A stretch of 52,527 bases of DNA. It comes from Hydrurus foetidus. Lineage: Eukaryota. Positions within the stretch are counted from its first letter, which is position 1; each line of letters opens with the position of its first letter. Of the stretch, positions 1-11,842 are shown one piece after another. The position numbers and the translations under genes are program-made. The DNA lies in the NCBI GenBank assembly GCA_900617105.1, contig UYFQ01000149.1:1-52527 (forward strand), given 5' to 3'. The notes below the pieces were generated by a model. That model searched no databases. It was not told the DNA's origin and was given only the letters and a program-made list of their open reading frames with translations.

Positions 1-3000
1 CACGTTTTCTTACTGAATCTTTCAAGTTAAAGAGATTTTTCACCCCGTAGCCAGCCATACCTATCATGTTGTTTTGTTGTTGTTTTTTTTTGTTATTTTG
101 TCTTGCCCGACCACTACTGTGCCCGGGAGGGTCGAAGGTGATCGCTAACCTAGACCAGAACCCAGACCCACCGGTTGGCTGAGTAAGATCGAGCCGGCGG
201 TGTTGGAGTCTTGGGGAGGCGCCTGGGCACACTAGTGCACCCTAAGTAGGGCAATTCAACGGTAACTAATGCAACTGCCCCACATGAAATAGTAAGTACG
301 TACGTTCCACTTTGTATCGACGGCCTTTTAGAGGCGCACGGACATCTTCAGTGACGTACAGACATCGCAACTGAGCATGAACGTACGTACGGACAGGGTG
401 TGAGATCGTACGTACGTACGTTCAAATGTGAGAATGTGAACGTACGATCCGTACGAAACGAAGATTGTGGATCCGGGTATGTACGTTCTAGATCGTACAT
501 ACCCATATGCGAACCAGAGGGTCGGGACCGTGTAGAGAAAGAGAATTAAGTGACGCCGGGAACTTGTGCACTTGCGGATTGGGTTCTCTGGATCGAAGTC
601 GGATCGGAACCGGTGCGAGCCGCTCCTTTTCAGATCCAAAGTACAAAAGGCTTGTATACGAAATTCCTTGCGAAATTTTGAGAGGTAGAGTACAGGACAG
701 AACACAGAGCGGATGTGGATGTAGATGTAGAACACAATACAACACCTGTTTTCAGTTTTGTGTGCGCACGCATACTATACGGTTCTGTACGCATCCCACT
801 GGGTGCTTGTCGCAAAACTTTCAGTTTGTTGCAACTTGTGGTGCAAGTCTTCGGTGTATATACTTAGTGTATTTAGATTGAATATCATACAGTTTTAACA
901 CGTTTTCTTACTGAATCTTTCAAGTTAAAGAGATTTTTCACCCCGTAGCCAGCCATACCTATCATGTTGTTTTGTTGTTGTTTTTTGTTATTTTGTCTTG
1001 CCCGACCACTACTGTGCCCGGGAGGGTCGAAGGTGATCGCTAACCTAGACCAGAACCCAGACCCACCGGTTGGCTGAGTAAGATCGAGCCGGCGGTGTTG
1101 GAGTCTTGGGGGAGGCGCCTGGGCACACTAGTGCACCCTAAGTAGGGCAATTCAACGGTAACTAATGCAACTGCCCCACATGAAATAGTAAGTACGTACG
1201 TTCCACTTTGTATCGACGGCCTTTTAGAGGCGCACGGACATCTTTAGTGACGTACAGACATCGCAACTGAGCATGAACGTACGTACGGACAGGGTGTGAG
1301 ATCGTACGTACGTACGTTCAAATGTGAGAATGTGAACGTACGATCCGTACGAAACGAAGATTGTGAATCCGGGTATGTACGTTCTAGACCGTACATACCC
1401 ATATGCGAACCAGAGGGTCGGGACCGTGTAGAGAAAGAGAATTAAGTGACGCCGGGAACTTGTGCACTTGCGGATTGGGTTCTCTGGATCGAAGTCGGAT
1501 CGGAACCGGTGCGAGCCGCTCCTTTTCAGATCCAAAGTACAAAAGGCTTGTATACGAAATTCCTTGCGAAATTTTGAGAGGTAGAGTACAGGACAGAACA
1601 CAGAGCAGATGTGGATGTAGATGTAGAACACAATACAACACCTGTTTTCAGTTTTGTGTGCGCACGCATACTATACGGTTCTGTACGCATCCCACTGGGT
1701 GTTTGTCGCAAACCTTTCAGTTTGTTGCAACTTGTGGTGCAAGTCTTCGGTGTATATACTTAGTGTATTTAGATTGAATATCATACAGTTTTAACACGTT
1801 TTCTTACTGAATCTTTCAAGTTAAAGAGATTTTTCACCCCGTAGCCAGCCATACCTATCATGTTGTTTTGTTGTTGTTTTTTGTTATTTTGTCTTGCCCG
1901 ACCACTACTGTGCCCGGGAGGGTCGAAGGTGATCGCTAACCTAGACCAGAACCCAGACCCACCGGTTGGCTGAGTAAGATCGAGCCGGCGGTGTTGGAGT
2001 CTTGGGGGAGGCGCCTGGGCACACTAGTGCACCCTAAGTAGGGCAATTCAACGGTAACTAATGCAACTGCCCCACATGAAATAGTAAGTACGTACGTTCC
2101 ACTTTGTATCGACGGCCTTTTAGAGGCGCACGGACATCTTCAGTGACGTACAGACATCGCAACTGAGCATGAACGTACGTACGGACAGGGTGTGAGATCG
2201 TACGTACGTACGTTCAAATGTGAGAATGTGAACGTACGATCCGTACGAAACGAAGATTGTGAATCCGGGTATGTACGTTCTAGACCGTACATACCCATAT
2301 GCGAACCAGAGGGTCGAGACCGTGTAGAGAAAGAGAATTAAGTGACGCCGGGAACTTGTGCACTTGCGGATTGGGTTCTCTGGATCGAAGTCGGATCGGA
2401 ACTGGTGCGAGCCGCTCCTTTTCAGATCCAAAGTACAAAAGACTTGTATACGAAATTCCTTGCGAAATTTTGAGAGGTAGAGTACAGGACAGAACACAGA
2501 GCGGATGTGGATGTAGATGTAGAACACAATACAACACCTGTTTTCAGTTTTGTGTGCGCACGCATACTATACGGTTCTGTACGCATCCCACTGGGTGTTT
2601 GTGGCAAACTTTTCAGTTTGTTGCAACTTGTGGTGCAAGTCTTCGGTGTATATACTTAGTGTATTTAGATTGAATATCATACAGTTTTAACACGTTTTCT
2701 TACTGAATCTTTCAAGTTAAAGAGATTTTTCACCCCGTAGCCAGCCATACCTATCATGTTGTTTTGTTGTTGTTGTTTTTTGTTATTTTGTCTTGCCCGA
2801 CCACTACTGTGCCCGGGAGGGTCGAAGGTGATCGCTAACCTAGACCAGAACCCAGACCCACCGGTTGGCTGAGTAAGATCGAGCCGGCGGTGTTGGAGTC
2901 TTGGGGGAGGCGCCTGGGCACACTAGTGCACCCTAAGTAGGGCAGGCAATTCAACGGTAACTAATGCAACTGCCCCACATGAAATAGTAAGTACGTACGT

Positions 3001-4981
3001 TCCACTTTGTATCGACGGCCTTTTAGAGGCGCACGGACATCTTCAGTGACGTACAGACATCGCAACTGAGCATGAACGTACGTACGGACAGGGTGTGAGA
3101 TCGTACGTACGTACGTTCAAATGTGAGAATGTGAACGTACGATCCGTACGAAACGAAGATTGTGAATCCGGGTATGTACGTTCTAGACCGTACATACCCA
3201 TATGCGAACCAGAGGGTCGGGACCGTGTAGAGAAAGAGAATTAAGTGACGCCGGGAACTTGTGCACTTGCGGATTGGGTTCTCTGGATCGAAGTCGGATC
3301 GGAACCGGTGCGAGCCGCTCCTTTTCAGATCCAAAGTACAAAAGGCTTGTATACGAAATTCCTTGCGAAATTTTGAGAGGTAGAGTACAGGACAGAACAC
3401 AGAGCAGATGTGGATGTAGATGTAGAACACAATACAACACCTGTTTTCAGTTTTGTGTGCGCACGCATACTATACGGTTCTGTACGCATCCCACTGGGTG
3501 CTTGACGCAAACCTTTCAGTTTGTTGCAACTTGTGGTGCAAGTCTTCGGTGTATATACTTAGTGTATTTAGATTGAATATCATACAGTTCTTACCCATGT
3601 TGTTTTGTTGTTGTTTATTATTATTTTGTCTTGCCCGACAACTACTGTGCCCGGGAGGGTCGAAGGTGATCGCTAACCTAGACCAGAACCCAGACCCACC
3701 GGTTGGCTGAGTAAGATCGAGCCGGCGGTGTTGGAGTCTTGGGGGAGGCGCCTGGGCACACTAGTGCACCCTAAGTAGGGCAATTCAACGGTAACTAAGA
3801 CAACTGCCCCACATGAAATAGTAAGTACGTACGTTCCACTTTGTATCGACGGCTTTTTAGAGGCGCACGGACATCTTTAGTGACGTACAGACATCGCAAC
3901 TGAGCATGAACGTACGTACGGACAGGGTGTGAGATCGTACGTACGTACGTTCAAATGTGAGAATGTGAACGTACGATCCGTACGAAACGAAGATTGTGGA
4001 TCCGGGTATGTACGTTCTAGACCGTACATACCCATATGCGAACCAGAGGGTCGAGACCGTGTAGAGAAAGAGAATTAAGTGACGCCGGGAACTTGTGCAC
4101 TTGCGGATTGGGTTCTCTGGATCGAAGTCGGATCGGAACTGGTGCGAGCCGCTCCTTTTCAGATCCAAAGTACAAAAGACTTGTATACGAAATTCCTTGC
4201 GAAATTTTGAGAGGTAGAGTACAGGACAGAACACAGAGCGGATGTGGATGTAGATGTAGAACACAATACAACACCTGTTTTCAGTTTTGTGTGCGCACGC
4301 ATACTATACGGTTCTGTACGCATCCCACTGGGTGTTTGTGGCAAACTTTTCAGTTTGTTGCAACTTGTGGTGCAAGTCTTCGGTGTATATACTTAGTGTA
4401 TTTAGATTGAATATCATACAGTTTTAACACGTTTTCTTACTGAATCTTTCAAGTTAAAGAGATTTTTCACCCCGTAGCCAGCCATACCTATCATGTTGTT
4501 TTGTTGTTGTTTTTTTTTGTTATTTTGTCTTGCCCGACAACTACTGTGCCCGGGAGGGTCGAAGGTGATCGCTAACCTAGACCAGAACCCAGACCCACCG
4601 GTTGGCTGAGTAAGATCGAGCCGGCGGTGTTGGAGTCTTGGGGGAGGCGCCTGGGCACACTAGTGCACCCTAAGTAGGGCAATTCAACGGTAACTAATGC
4701 AACTGCCCCACATGAAATAGTAAGTACGTACGTTCCACTTTGTATCGACGGCCTTTTAGAGGCGCACGGACATCTTCAGTGACGTACAGACATCGCAACT
4801 GAGCATGAACGTACGTACGGACAGGGTGTGAGATCGTACGTACGTACGTTCAAATGTGAGAATGTGAACGTACGATCCGTACGAAACGAAGATTGTGAAT
4901 CCGGGTATGTACGTTCTAGACCGTACATACCCATATGCGAACCAGAGGGTCGGGACCGTGTAGAGAAAGAGAATTAAGTGA
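1..4981. repeat. Tandem array of an ~896-bp unit (about 5.5 copies; probably continues left of the window)
   Basis: The unit start CACGTTTTCTTACTGAATC recurs at 1, 899, 1795, 2691 and 4428. Equivalent ORF-track hits at 328/1224/2120/3023/3857/4756 give periods of 896, 896, 903, 834 and 899. About 60 bp are deleted at the copy 4/5 junction (~3590), and the last copy breaks at ~4981. Confidence 0.98.
103..280. ncRNA. Candidate structured RNA or SINE-like core of the 896-bp unit (family unidentified)
   Basis: Nested complementarity: TTGCCC 103-108 with GGGCAA 249-254; CACTACTGTGCCCGGG 112-127 with CCTGGGCACACTAGTG 222-237 (14/16 Watson-Crick); inner hairpin 170-180/192-201; alternative hairpin 249-256/273-280. 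An adjacent TTG/T-rich tract (68-100) reads as an A/CAA-rich tail on the minus strand. Confidence 0.3.
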
Positions 4982-5098
4982 AAACTTGGATCCAGAATTC
5001 CTGGTTGCTCCACCACTCTAATCCAGAAGTCAACTTCCGGATCAATCCGGATTTACCCCAAAAAAAGCTGGATTTCCGGATTGCTCCACCACTCTATT
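4982..5098. repeat. Short duplicated motif resembling a hAT-type terminus
   Basis: TTGCTCCACCACTCTA occurs twice (~5005, ~5081); its reverse complement begins TAGAGTGGTG. TCCGGA/GGATCC motifs cluster around it, and it lies where the 896-bp array is truncated. Confidence 0.3.
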
Positions 5099-5515
5099 AT
5101 CAGTAATGTGATTTGAACCAGACAGCCGTACATTCATTAATGGCCAACATTATAATGTCATATAGTGTCATATTGGGGGATTAACCGTATGGTGGTTCCA
5201 CCTTTATATAGCGAAATCCAAATCCTACTTGTTTTTTGAAGCGTGTGGACATCTTCTCCTGCGTTTTGAGGCCCCGATTCAGGTTTTTTCGTTTTTTTTC
5301 GGATTTTCAATTTTCATGTTTCACTTTGTATCGGTCGTGCGCCCATTTCAGTTCGGCACGTAACTTATACTACTGTCTGACGAGATCTTCGAGTCATTCT
5401 GTCCCCAGTGATACAGAACTTACTTTTGTCACTGACCTCGTCGACGTTGATCTCGTTTGTTGTATCTGACGTGGATCTCGTTGGTGGGATCTTTCAGTTA
5501 TTTTAATCCTGTGAT

Positions 5516-5853
5516 ATGGAGCCTACTTTTGTCACTGACCTAGTCGACGGGGATCTCGTTGGTGGCATTGTAGTTCGGCAGCCTGGTGATCATAGTTGTT
5601 TGTATGATTCGATTTGCTTCTTTCTTAATCGGATGTACTCGACCCTATCTTATACTCCTCTTCTGTTGCGTTCTGAGATTAATTCATTCATCGTCAATCA
5701 TCGGAGTTCGATGCTTTCTTTGGAGCCTGGATCTTTATATACCGTTGCTGAGTGCGTCTTTATGGGGCACTACACTATCGAACGTTACGTAACTTTTATG
5801 TCTAATTCGTCTTCATGGGGGGGTATTATTGAGCTCGCTTGTCTTGTTCATAT
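5516..5853 (+). pseudogene. N-terminal half of an OTU cysteine protease domain, interrupted by the Gypsy insertion
   Basis: IVVRQPGDHSCLYDSI (OTU Cys box) and WGGIIELACL. It joins in frame to the ORF at 12614 once the Gypsy element and one ATAT copy are removed. Confidence 0.8.
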
Positions 5854-6059
5854 TGTAGTCCGGATAGAAGGTAGGTCGATAGAATGGAGGTGTTAGTTAG
5901 TTACAAGACTAAGCTAGAAGCTAGGATAACTTCTACGAGTAGGCTAGAGCTAGCTAGCAGCTGCGCTAGAGATGTATGTGTACAGTAGGCGGTAGGATCG
6001 GATGGATCGGGACTAGGTCCGGTACGGCCCGTAGGCCCGGTATAGCCGGTCCGACCACA
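5854..6059 (-). repeat. Gypsy 3' LTR (206 bp)
   Basis: TGTAGTCCGG...CCGACCACA. By eye it differs from the other LTR by 2 substitutions and 1 indel. PPT AAGTGGGGGTGA lies on the minus strand at 6060-6071. Confidence 0.96.
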
Positions 6060-6404
6060 TCACCCCCACTTATCTTTTTTCTGAAGAAAAAGAACCTATG
6101 ACGCGACCACCACGTTTTGTACAAAAATCTAATACAACTAAAACTAACTAAAGGAAGAATAAAGAAAAAGATTACAAATATGTAAATCTCATAATACATT
6201 GAAATGTATAAAAATAAAAATCTATACAAATAGACTGGGTGGTGGGTCGGTCAAGGTGATAAGGTGGGTGCCTAGTACCATGTACTTGCGCACGAGACCT
6301 CGATACGTAATTATGTCAGATTTTTACTGACTAAAACCATAAAACCTCATAGAGGGAAAAATTAGGAAAAATCTTCAAAAGATAATACGTTCGAGATCAG
6401 CAAC

Positions 6405-9400
6405 TTAGGCTGATGTCTCAATGTTTTTGGGAATGAAATGTTTCATTTTATTATCCCGTAAATAATCATGGAGTGCTTCACAGAGCCGTAGTGATTTCCA
6501 CGGCTCCCATGTATTATGAGAGTCATCGTAGTTGAGCCATTTAACATGGAACGACATTGTAGTCGGTTTCTTGGTGTCACCAGCGTGACCCAGAACTTTC
6601 TCAACCACGAACTCCATGTAATCGCGACGAGCAGTGTCAGCAGGTATATCTACCTCTGGGTCATAATTGAATATTTTCAAATTTTTGACGTGAACACTTC
6701 GTGTCTTGTGGTTTACAAGATTAGCGAGAACATACTCGGACCCCTTAAAGGAGACAATACAGTAAGGGCCATGCCACTTAGTATGTAATCGAGTTGGAGG
6801 TCGATCAGTGTATCGGCATAAGACATATGACCCCACGGGGAACACAGTCGCTGATTCAGCTGACGCGGCGTTTTTAGCATCCGCTTTTAACAAAGTTTGA
6901 ACCGCAGTTTCAAGTACTTTGTCTTGTACACTTATCAAATCTGATATGTACGTTGATCTTGAATGTGTTCCGACACTTAAGTGTGGAGTGAGAATACCAC
7001 GATTCAAATCAAGTTTGTTCCCGAACAATAAATGAGCGGGGCAGACACCTGTGCGTCTATTAACTGAACCGTTAATGATACGTTGCACGAATGGGATTGA
7101 CTTAGCATATCCCTCAAGGGTTTGTTTATCAAAAACTAAACCTCTTAAGTGTCTATTCACCTCTTTGTTGACTCTTTCAACAATTGCATTCTCTTGTTTC
7201 GAGTAAGCAAGGGTGAGATTATGTGGTGTTCCACAAAGATCTAAGAATTCTTTGATCAATTCATTTGCGAAATGTGATCCTCGATCAGATCTAATCATAT
7301 TTGGTGATCCAAATCGACCAAAATGCGCAAGCAAACAGTCAGCTGCTGATTTAGCATCTGCGTCTGCACACCAGAACAATTCTGTCCATCGTGTGAATGT
7401 ATCGATGATGACTAGGATATAACCTTTGTCAGGAAATGGACCAATATAGTCAACATTTAGCGTATCGAAGATAGCATAATTTGAAGTTGCAAAATGAGAC
7501 GCATTGATCTTAGGATCTTTTGCACTCAACTTTTGACAACACGGACAGTTCTGTATGAACGTACGTACATGTTGTTTCATGTGTTTCCATACTTGTTGTA
7601 AACTAAACAACCGAGTAAGGGTACGGTCTACGCCGTTGTGACCGACAATTGCATTGTGGCACATTTGAATGTATTCTAACTGATCGTCTGAAGCTGGTTC
7701 TATGACCGTCAGAGCTGATACAGTGAAAGAAGATGATGAAGTAGGAAGTAATTCCAATTCTTCTGTTCGTAATGGCAGAGCAATTTCTGTCAGATTAGGA
7801 CAAAGCCTTGACAGTGCGTCTGCCAAAACATTCGAAGTACCGGGTACGAATACCACGGTAAAATCTAGTTCTTGCATAGCAATGAACCATCTCGCCACCA
7901 TTGAGGTAGGATTTTGTTTCATATATGTTATGTTCAAATGATCCGTATGGATAGTGAACGTACGATCTCTGATTAGATAATCGAGTTGTGTACAACAAAA
8001 GAAGATGGCATAAGCCTCTTTTGTATCGTAGACCACCTTATTTGTGTGGGTGTCAACGATTTGCTAATGAAAGCAATTGGTTGCCAAATGGCACCAACAA
8101 CTTGGAATAAGACTCCACCGATACCAAAGTCGGATGCGTCTGTATACAAGCGGATGTCTAACTTATTGTCATCAATGAAGTACATTAATGGACAACGAGA
8201 TATAGCAATCTTTGTGTCAACAAATGAGTTGGTGCTCTTTTGAGTCCAAACTACAGCAGAACGTCTCGGAGCAGAGTGATCAATCATATCCTGCATTGGC
8301 TTAACCAAAGTGGAATGCATTGGTACAAACTGTCGAAAATAGTTCGCTAAACCCAAAATGACCTGAGTAAGGTTAAATTTTTAGGTATAGAAAAGTTTAA
8401 AACTGTTTCTATCTTCTCTTTTGACATGGATAAACCATCTTTGTCAACGACTCTGCCAACGTATTCAATACGTGGAAGGCCGAAACGGCATTTTTTAGCT
8501 TTGAGTCTTAGACCCTTAAGTCTAAATCTTGCAAAAACTTTTTTCAAGTTAGTAAGAAACTCTGCTTCACCCTTGCCATATACTATACAATCGTCGAGAT
8601 ACATCTCGCAACAATGATAGATAAGGCCATAGAGGACCGCCGTTACCATCTGCTCTTGAAAGTAAGAGGGGGCTCGACACGGACCAAAGGGCAGTCTCGT
8701 AAACTGAAATACCCCCGCAAAGCATATGAATGCCGTAAAAATGCGGTGTGCGGGGTGTAACGGTGCTTGATGGTAACCAGCGGTTAAATCCATCACACCA
8801 AAAATATCCGGTTTTTTATTACCGATCCTCTCAAAGAGGTGTTTGATATTTGGTAACGGGAATGAGGCCGGCTTAAGACACCTATTAAGTGGCCGGTAAT
8901 CGATGCAGGTTCGAAATTTACCGGGTGACTTAGTTACTATTACAGGATGACTGTAATAAGCGGCATCTGATCGCTCTATAACCCCTGATGCAAGCATCTC
9001 GTCAAGGTTTTCTTTGAGAGCAACCTCTTTTGTTGATGACTGGGGACGTACCGGCGTACGGTTTTCGTCTTTTTCCCACAACTCAAGTGGGATGTTAATC
9101 TCAAAGGGTTTAAGTGACGCTGGTTTCTCAGCTAATTGATCACTGAAGATGTCTGAATATTCAGAACAGAGCTCTCGGAGCTTCCTTTGAAAGCTTTCAT
9201 CTCCTTCAAAGGTAATCTCTTTGAGGAAATCCTCTGGCCCTTTGGGCAAGTCATCTTGACTAGGTTTCTCCGCCAAGAAGGGGGCAAACGTATCTATCTT
9301 GCCATCGTCAATCTCGTCAACTGAGAGTGCGACACCACTGGGCCATAAAGGCTCAGTGACATAGTCTAAGGTATCAGAGTCCTCAGAAGTGTTTGTAGGG

Positions 9401-10368
9401 GTGGGAATCTGGTCGCCACCTAGGTGCGGTGTATCACCCGTACGTTTTGCGAGAATAGTAGTGACACTATTCAGTCGCTCACAACCTACAACACCACAGG
9501 GATCTTGGGTCATGACTCCCTCGATCTCCATCTGAGTATCGTTACATGTCGACATTGTATGGACACAAGAGACGTTGCTCTTCGAAGAAGATTGACCATG
9601 CAATATGCTCTTCTTGTTTGGATACTCGAAAGATCCGTGTGTTTCTCTCTTTTTAGAGGGTGGTTTACCGCCTGGATATTTCAGCTTGTCGTAGTGAGGT
9701 GTTAAAGACTCGACTACGGCTGTATCAGGTTCGGTACCCAACGCTATCATACGACGCGTATATTTGTGTTGAAACAACGGATCGAGTTTATCCAAAGCTT
9801 CTTTTCTTTCGAATTCGCGTCTGCGAGCATCGCTCTTTCTCTTATTCTCAGCACTTAGCTCAGGAGAAATGCCGAATGCAAACGGAGTTAACGTCCAAAA
9901 ATCATACTTATTTACCGTTTCACGGCTAAATAAAATGTCGATGTCGGTTTTCCGATTGACCCTCATGGGTAGGCTGATGCTATGGCATTCACCATCGTAA
10001 GAATGAAAAAGGATTTTTAAATCGCAAATTTCGTTATTTAGGTAACATTGGCCATCGAGACCGCTGCAAACAGTTATGGCTTTAAGAGCAGGATAACATA
10101 AGTGAGTAGCATTTAATTTTTCAATCATGTCATATGAAATAAAATTGTCGGAATAATTGGCCGTATCCATTACGGCCTTCCCCGCGGCGCGCAGCTCGCT
10201 AGCTGGGCCTGTCCTGTCCTTATCCTGCACAATAACCGTAACGTTAAGGTGGTGAGAAGCGAGGGTGGAAGGGGTATGTAAAAATTCTTCACGAATAGGT
10301 ACAAGTGGCTGCACTTCGAGATGATCATCAGTCAGATTAAAGACATCATCATCGAATGTGGCAGCCAC
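6405..10368 (-). CDS. pol: Gypsy Pol (protease, RT, RNase H, integrase, chromodomain) split over three frames
   Basis: PR AVMDTANYSDNFIS; RT CIDYRPLN, DLTAGYHQ, LPFG, YLDD; RH LYTDASDFGIGGVL, TDH, ADALSR; IN HNAIVGH..CPCC, DYIGP, SDRGSHF, ENAIVERVN; chromodomain FVVEKVL..FHVKWLNYDDSHNTWEP. Frame breaks at ~8355 and ~8020. Confidence 0.95.
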
Positions 10369-10387
10369 ACAGTCATGGGCAAGGTTC

Positions 10388-11842
10388 TTACCCTGGTGTT
10401 GTCCCGGCTGAGTGTTGGGAGGAGGGTTGTGTCCCTGCGGGGGTTGTATTTACCCTTACCGCCGGACCCACGGCCCTGGTATTGGTTCGCATTGGGGTTT
10501 TGATGGCCCCTTTGCTTACCTCTACCACCCCCTGGTTACCCTGGTTACCATAACCAGATTGGTTCTGGGAGTTTCCTCCTTGACCCTGGTTGGAACGATC
10601 TGAACCATCCGAGGTGTTGGATTGGTTCCCAGAACCATGGCTGTTCTTGGCGCGCTTGTTGTCGTTACACATCAAGTAAGGTTTAGAACCTCTGGGGTAG
10701 AACTGAACTCGTTCCTCGTATCCAGGAAGGACGAGGTTGAGTTGCCATTCAGAGTACCCCACCGCGGCCCAAGCCATCCCCACTGTAGAACTCTCCCACT
10801 CAACTTGGTGATTCGTGTTGGAGTCGGAGTAGTACAGGATGGGGCAGTCTGCCAAATTGTGCGACGTAGCTCCGCACGACCGGCACGGACGAAACATCGG
10901 TACGAGCGGTACTTCCGTGGAAGCACGGACAGAGAGTCCGTGCTGCGTCGGAACGTACGAGCTAGGGGTACGCACAGTAGCAGTGACTGATCTCGACGAA
11001 GCGGAGGGTGTAGGTGAGGGTGCTTTAGCACTCGCTCTACTCGTCTCCTTCTTACCAACGTCTGGTGGAACTGCTGATGCAGGAAACGAGTACACCGTGT
11101 CCGGGTTGCCATAGCTTTTGATGAGGTTCATCATTGCCCTAGCCTCGGCAAGAACCTGACCAATGCGTAGCATAGTCGAATACCACGTATGAGGTGGGGT
11201 ATTGTCAGCAGCTTTCGCTTTCAGGTAATCCTGTTGGATTTGACTACCCTTGGCTAGGCGCTTCTCCAAAATCAATATGAGCTCAGCATGCTGAGTCTCT
11301 GATAATGGTCCCTTAGACCTCTCATAAGTGCTCACAAGTTCGTTGTAACGTACGAATGTGGCATTCTCATGATCGTGGTTAGCGATCTGATAATGGAAGG
11401 GAACTTGGCTAAAGCTCTCTGCCAGAGTACATTCTCCCAAACCATTTGGCGAGAAGTACTTTATTATCAGTTTGGCTACCTGAAGTACCGACAATTTAGT
11501 CTGCCAATCATGGCGTTGTCGTCTATCGATGATGTTAAATTCAGGATCGATCATGATCCTGAAATTAAGTAACTCGATTGCCTGCTTCTGCATGCAATCG
11601 GTTAGCTTCATCAACGGGTACCTCTGAGCCTGTTCGTAGAACTCAGTCGCATCAGCTTCATCAATGAAGTTATGCCTGAGGACGAACACCTCACCCTGGA
11701 GTTGCATCGTCGAGGGGAAAGCTGGGAACAGCGAGTTCGACATTGAGATAGTCGACTCGTTGAGCGCGGCTAAAGCTGCCAGACGTGCAATCTCCTCCTC
11801 GTCCGGATTTGGATCAGGGTTTGGGTTAGGTGGTGATGACAT
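10388..11842 (-). CDS. gag: Gypsy Gag
   Basis: 484-aa ORF upstream of pol, with the CCHC zinc knuckle CRSCGATSHNLADC and a G/N/Q-rich C-terminus. Confidence 0.88.
   Translation of the reverse strand: MSSPPNPNPDPNPDEEEIARLAALAALNESTISMSNSLFPAFPSTMQLQGEVFVLRHNFIDEADATEFYEQAQRYPLMKLTDCMQKQAIELLNFRIMIDPEFNIIDRRQRHDWQTKLSVLQVAKLIIKYFSPNGLGECTLAESFSQVPFHYQIANHDHENATFVRYNELVSTYERSKGPLSETQHAELILILEKRLAKGSQIQQDYLKAKAADNTPPHTWYSTMLRIGQVLAEARAMMNLIKSYGNPDTVYSFPASAVPPDVGKKETSRASAKAPSPTPSASSRSVTATVRTPSSYVPTQHGLSVRASTEVPLVPMFRPCRSCGATSHNLADCPILYYSDSNTNHQVEWESSTVGMAWAAVGYSEWQLNLVLPGYEERVQFYPRGSKPYLMCNDNKRAKNSHGSGNQSNTSDGSDRSNQGQGGNSQNQSGYGNQGNQGVVEVSKGAIKTPMRTNTRAVGPAVRVNTTPAGTQPSSQHSAGTTPG

Noticed and set aside
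175..235. Weak resemblance to the 5S rRNA internal control region (GCTGAGTAAGATCGAGCC; GGGAGGCGCCTGGG)
   Set aside because: The 5' half of 5S is absent, the spacing is wrong, and there is no helix I or downstream oligo-T terminator.
320..352. GGCCTTTT (U2/U5-like) and minus-strand CTGAAGA (hammerhead-like)
   Set aside because: Flanking snRNA sequence is absent, there is no correctly placed GAAA or stems, and CTGAAGA is mutated in copies 2 and 5.
328..881. ORFs of 61-135 aa repeated in each 896-bp unit
   Set aside because: They overlap on both strands and have no recognisable domain; their recurrence only reflects repeat identity.
5420..5570. Short direct repeat (TACTTTTGTCACTGACCT.GTCGACG, ~104 bp apart) as a regulatory element
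   Set aside because: It is better explained as a decayed coding duplication (TFVTDLVD) just upstream of the OTU domain.
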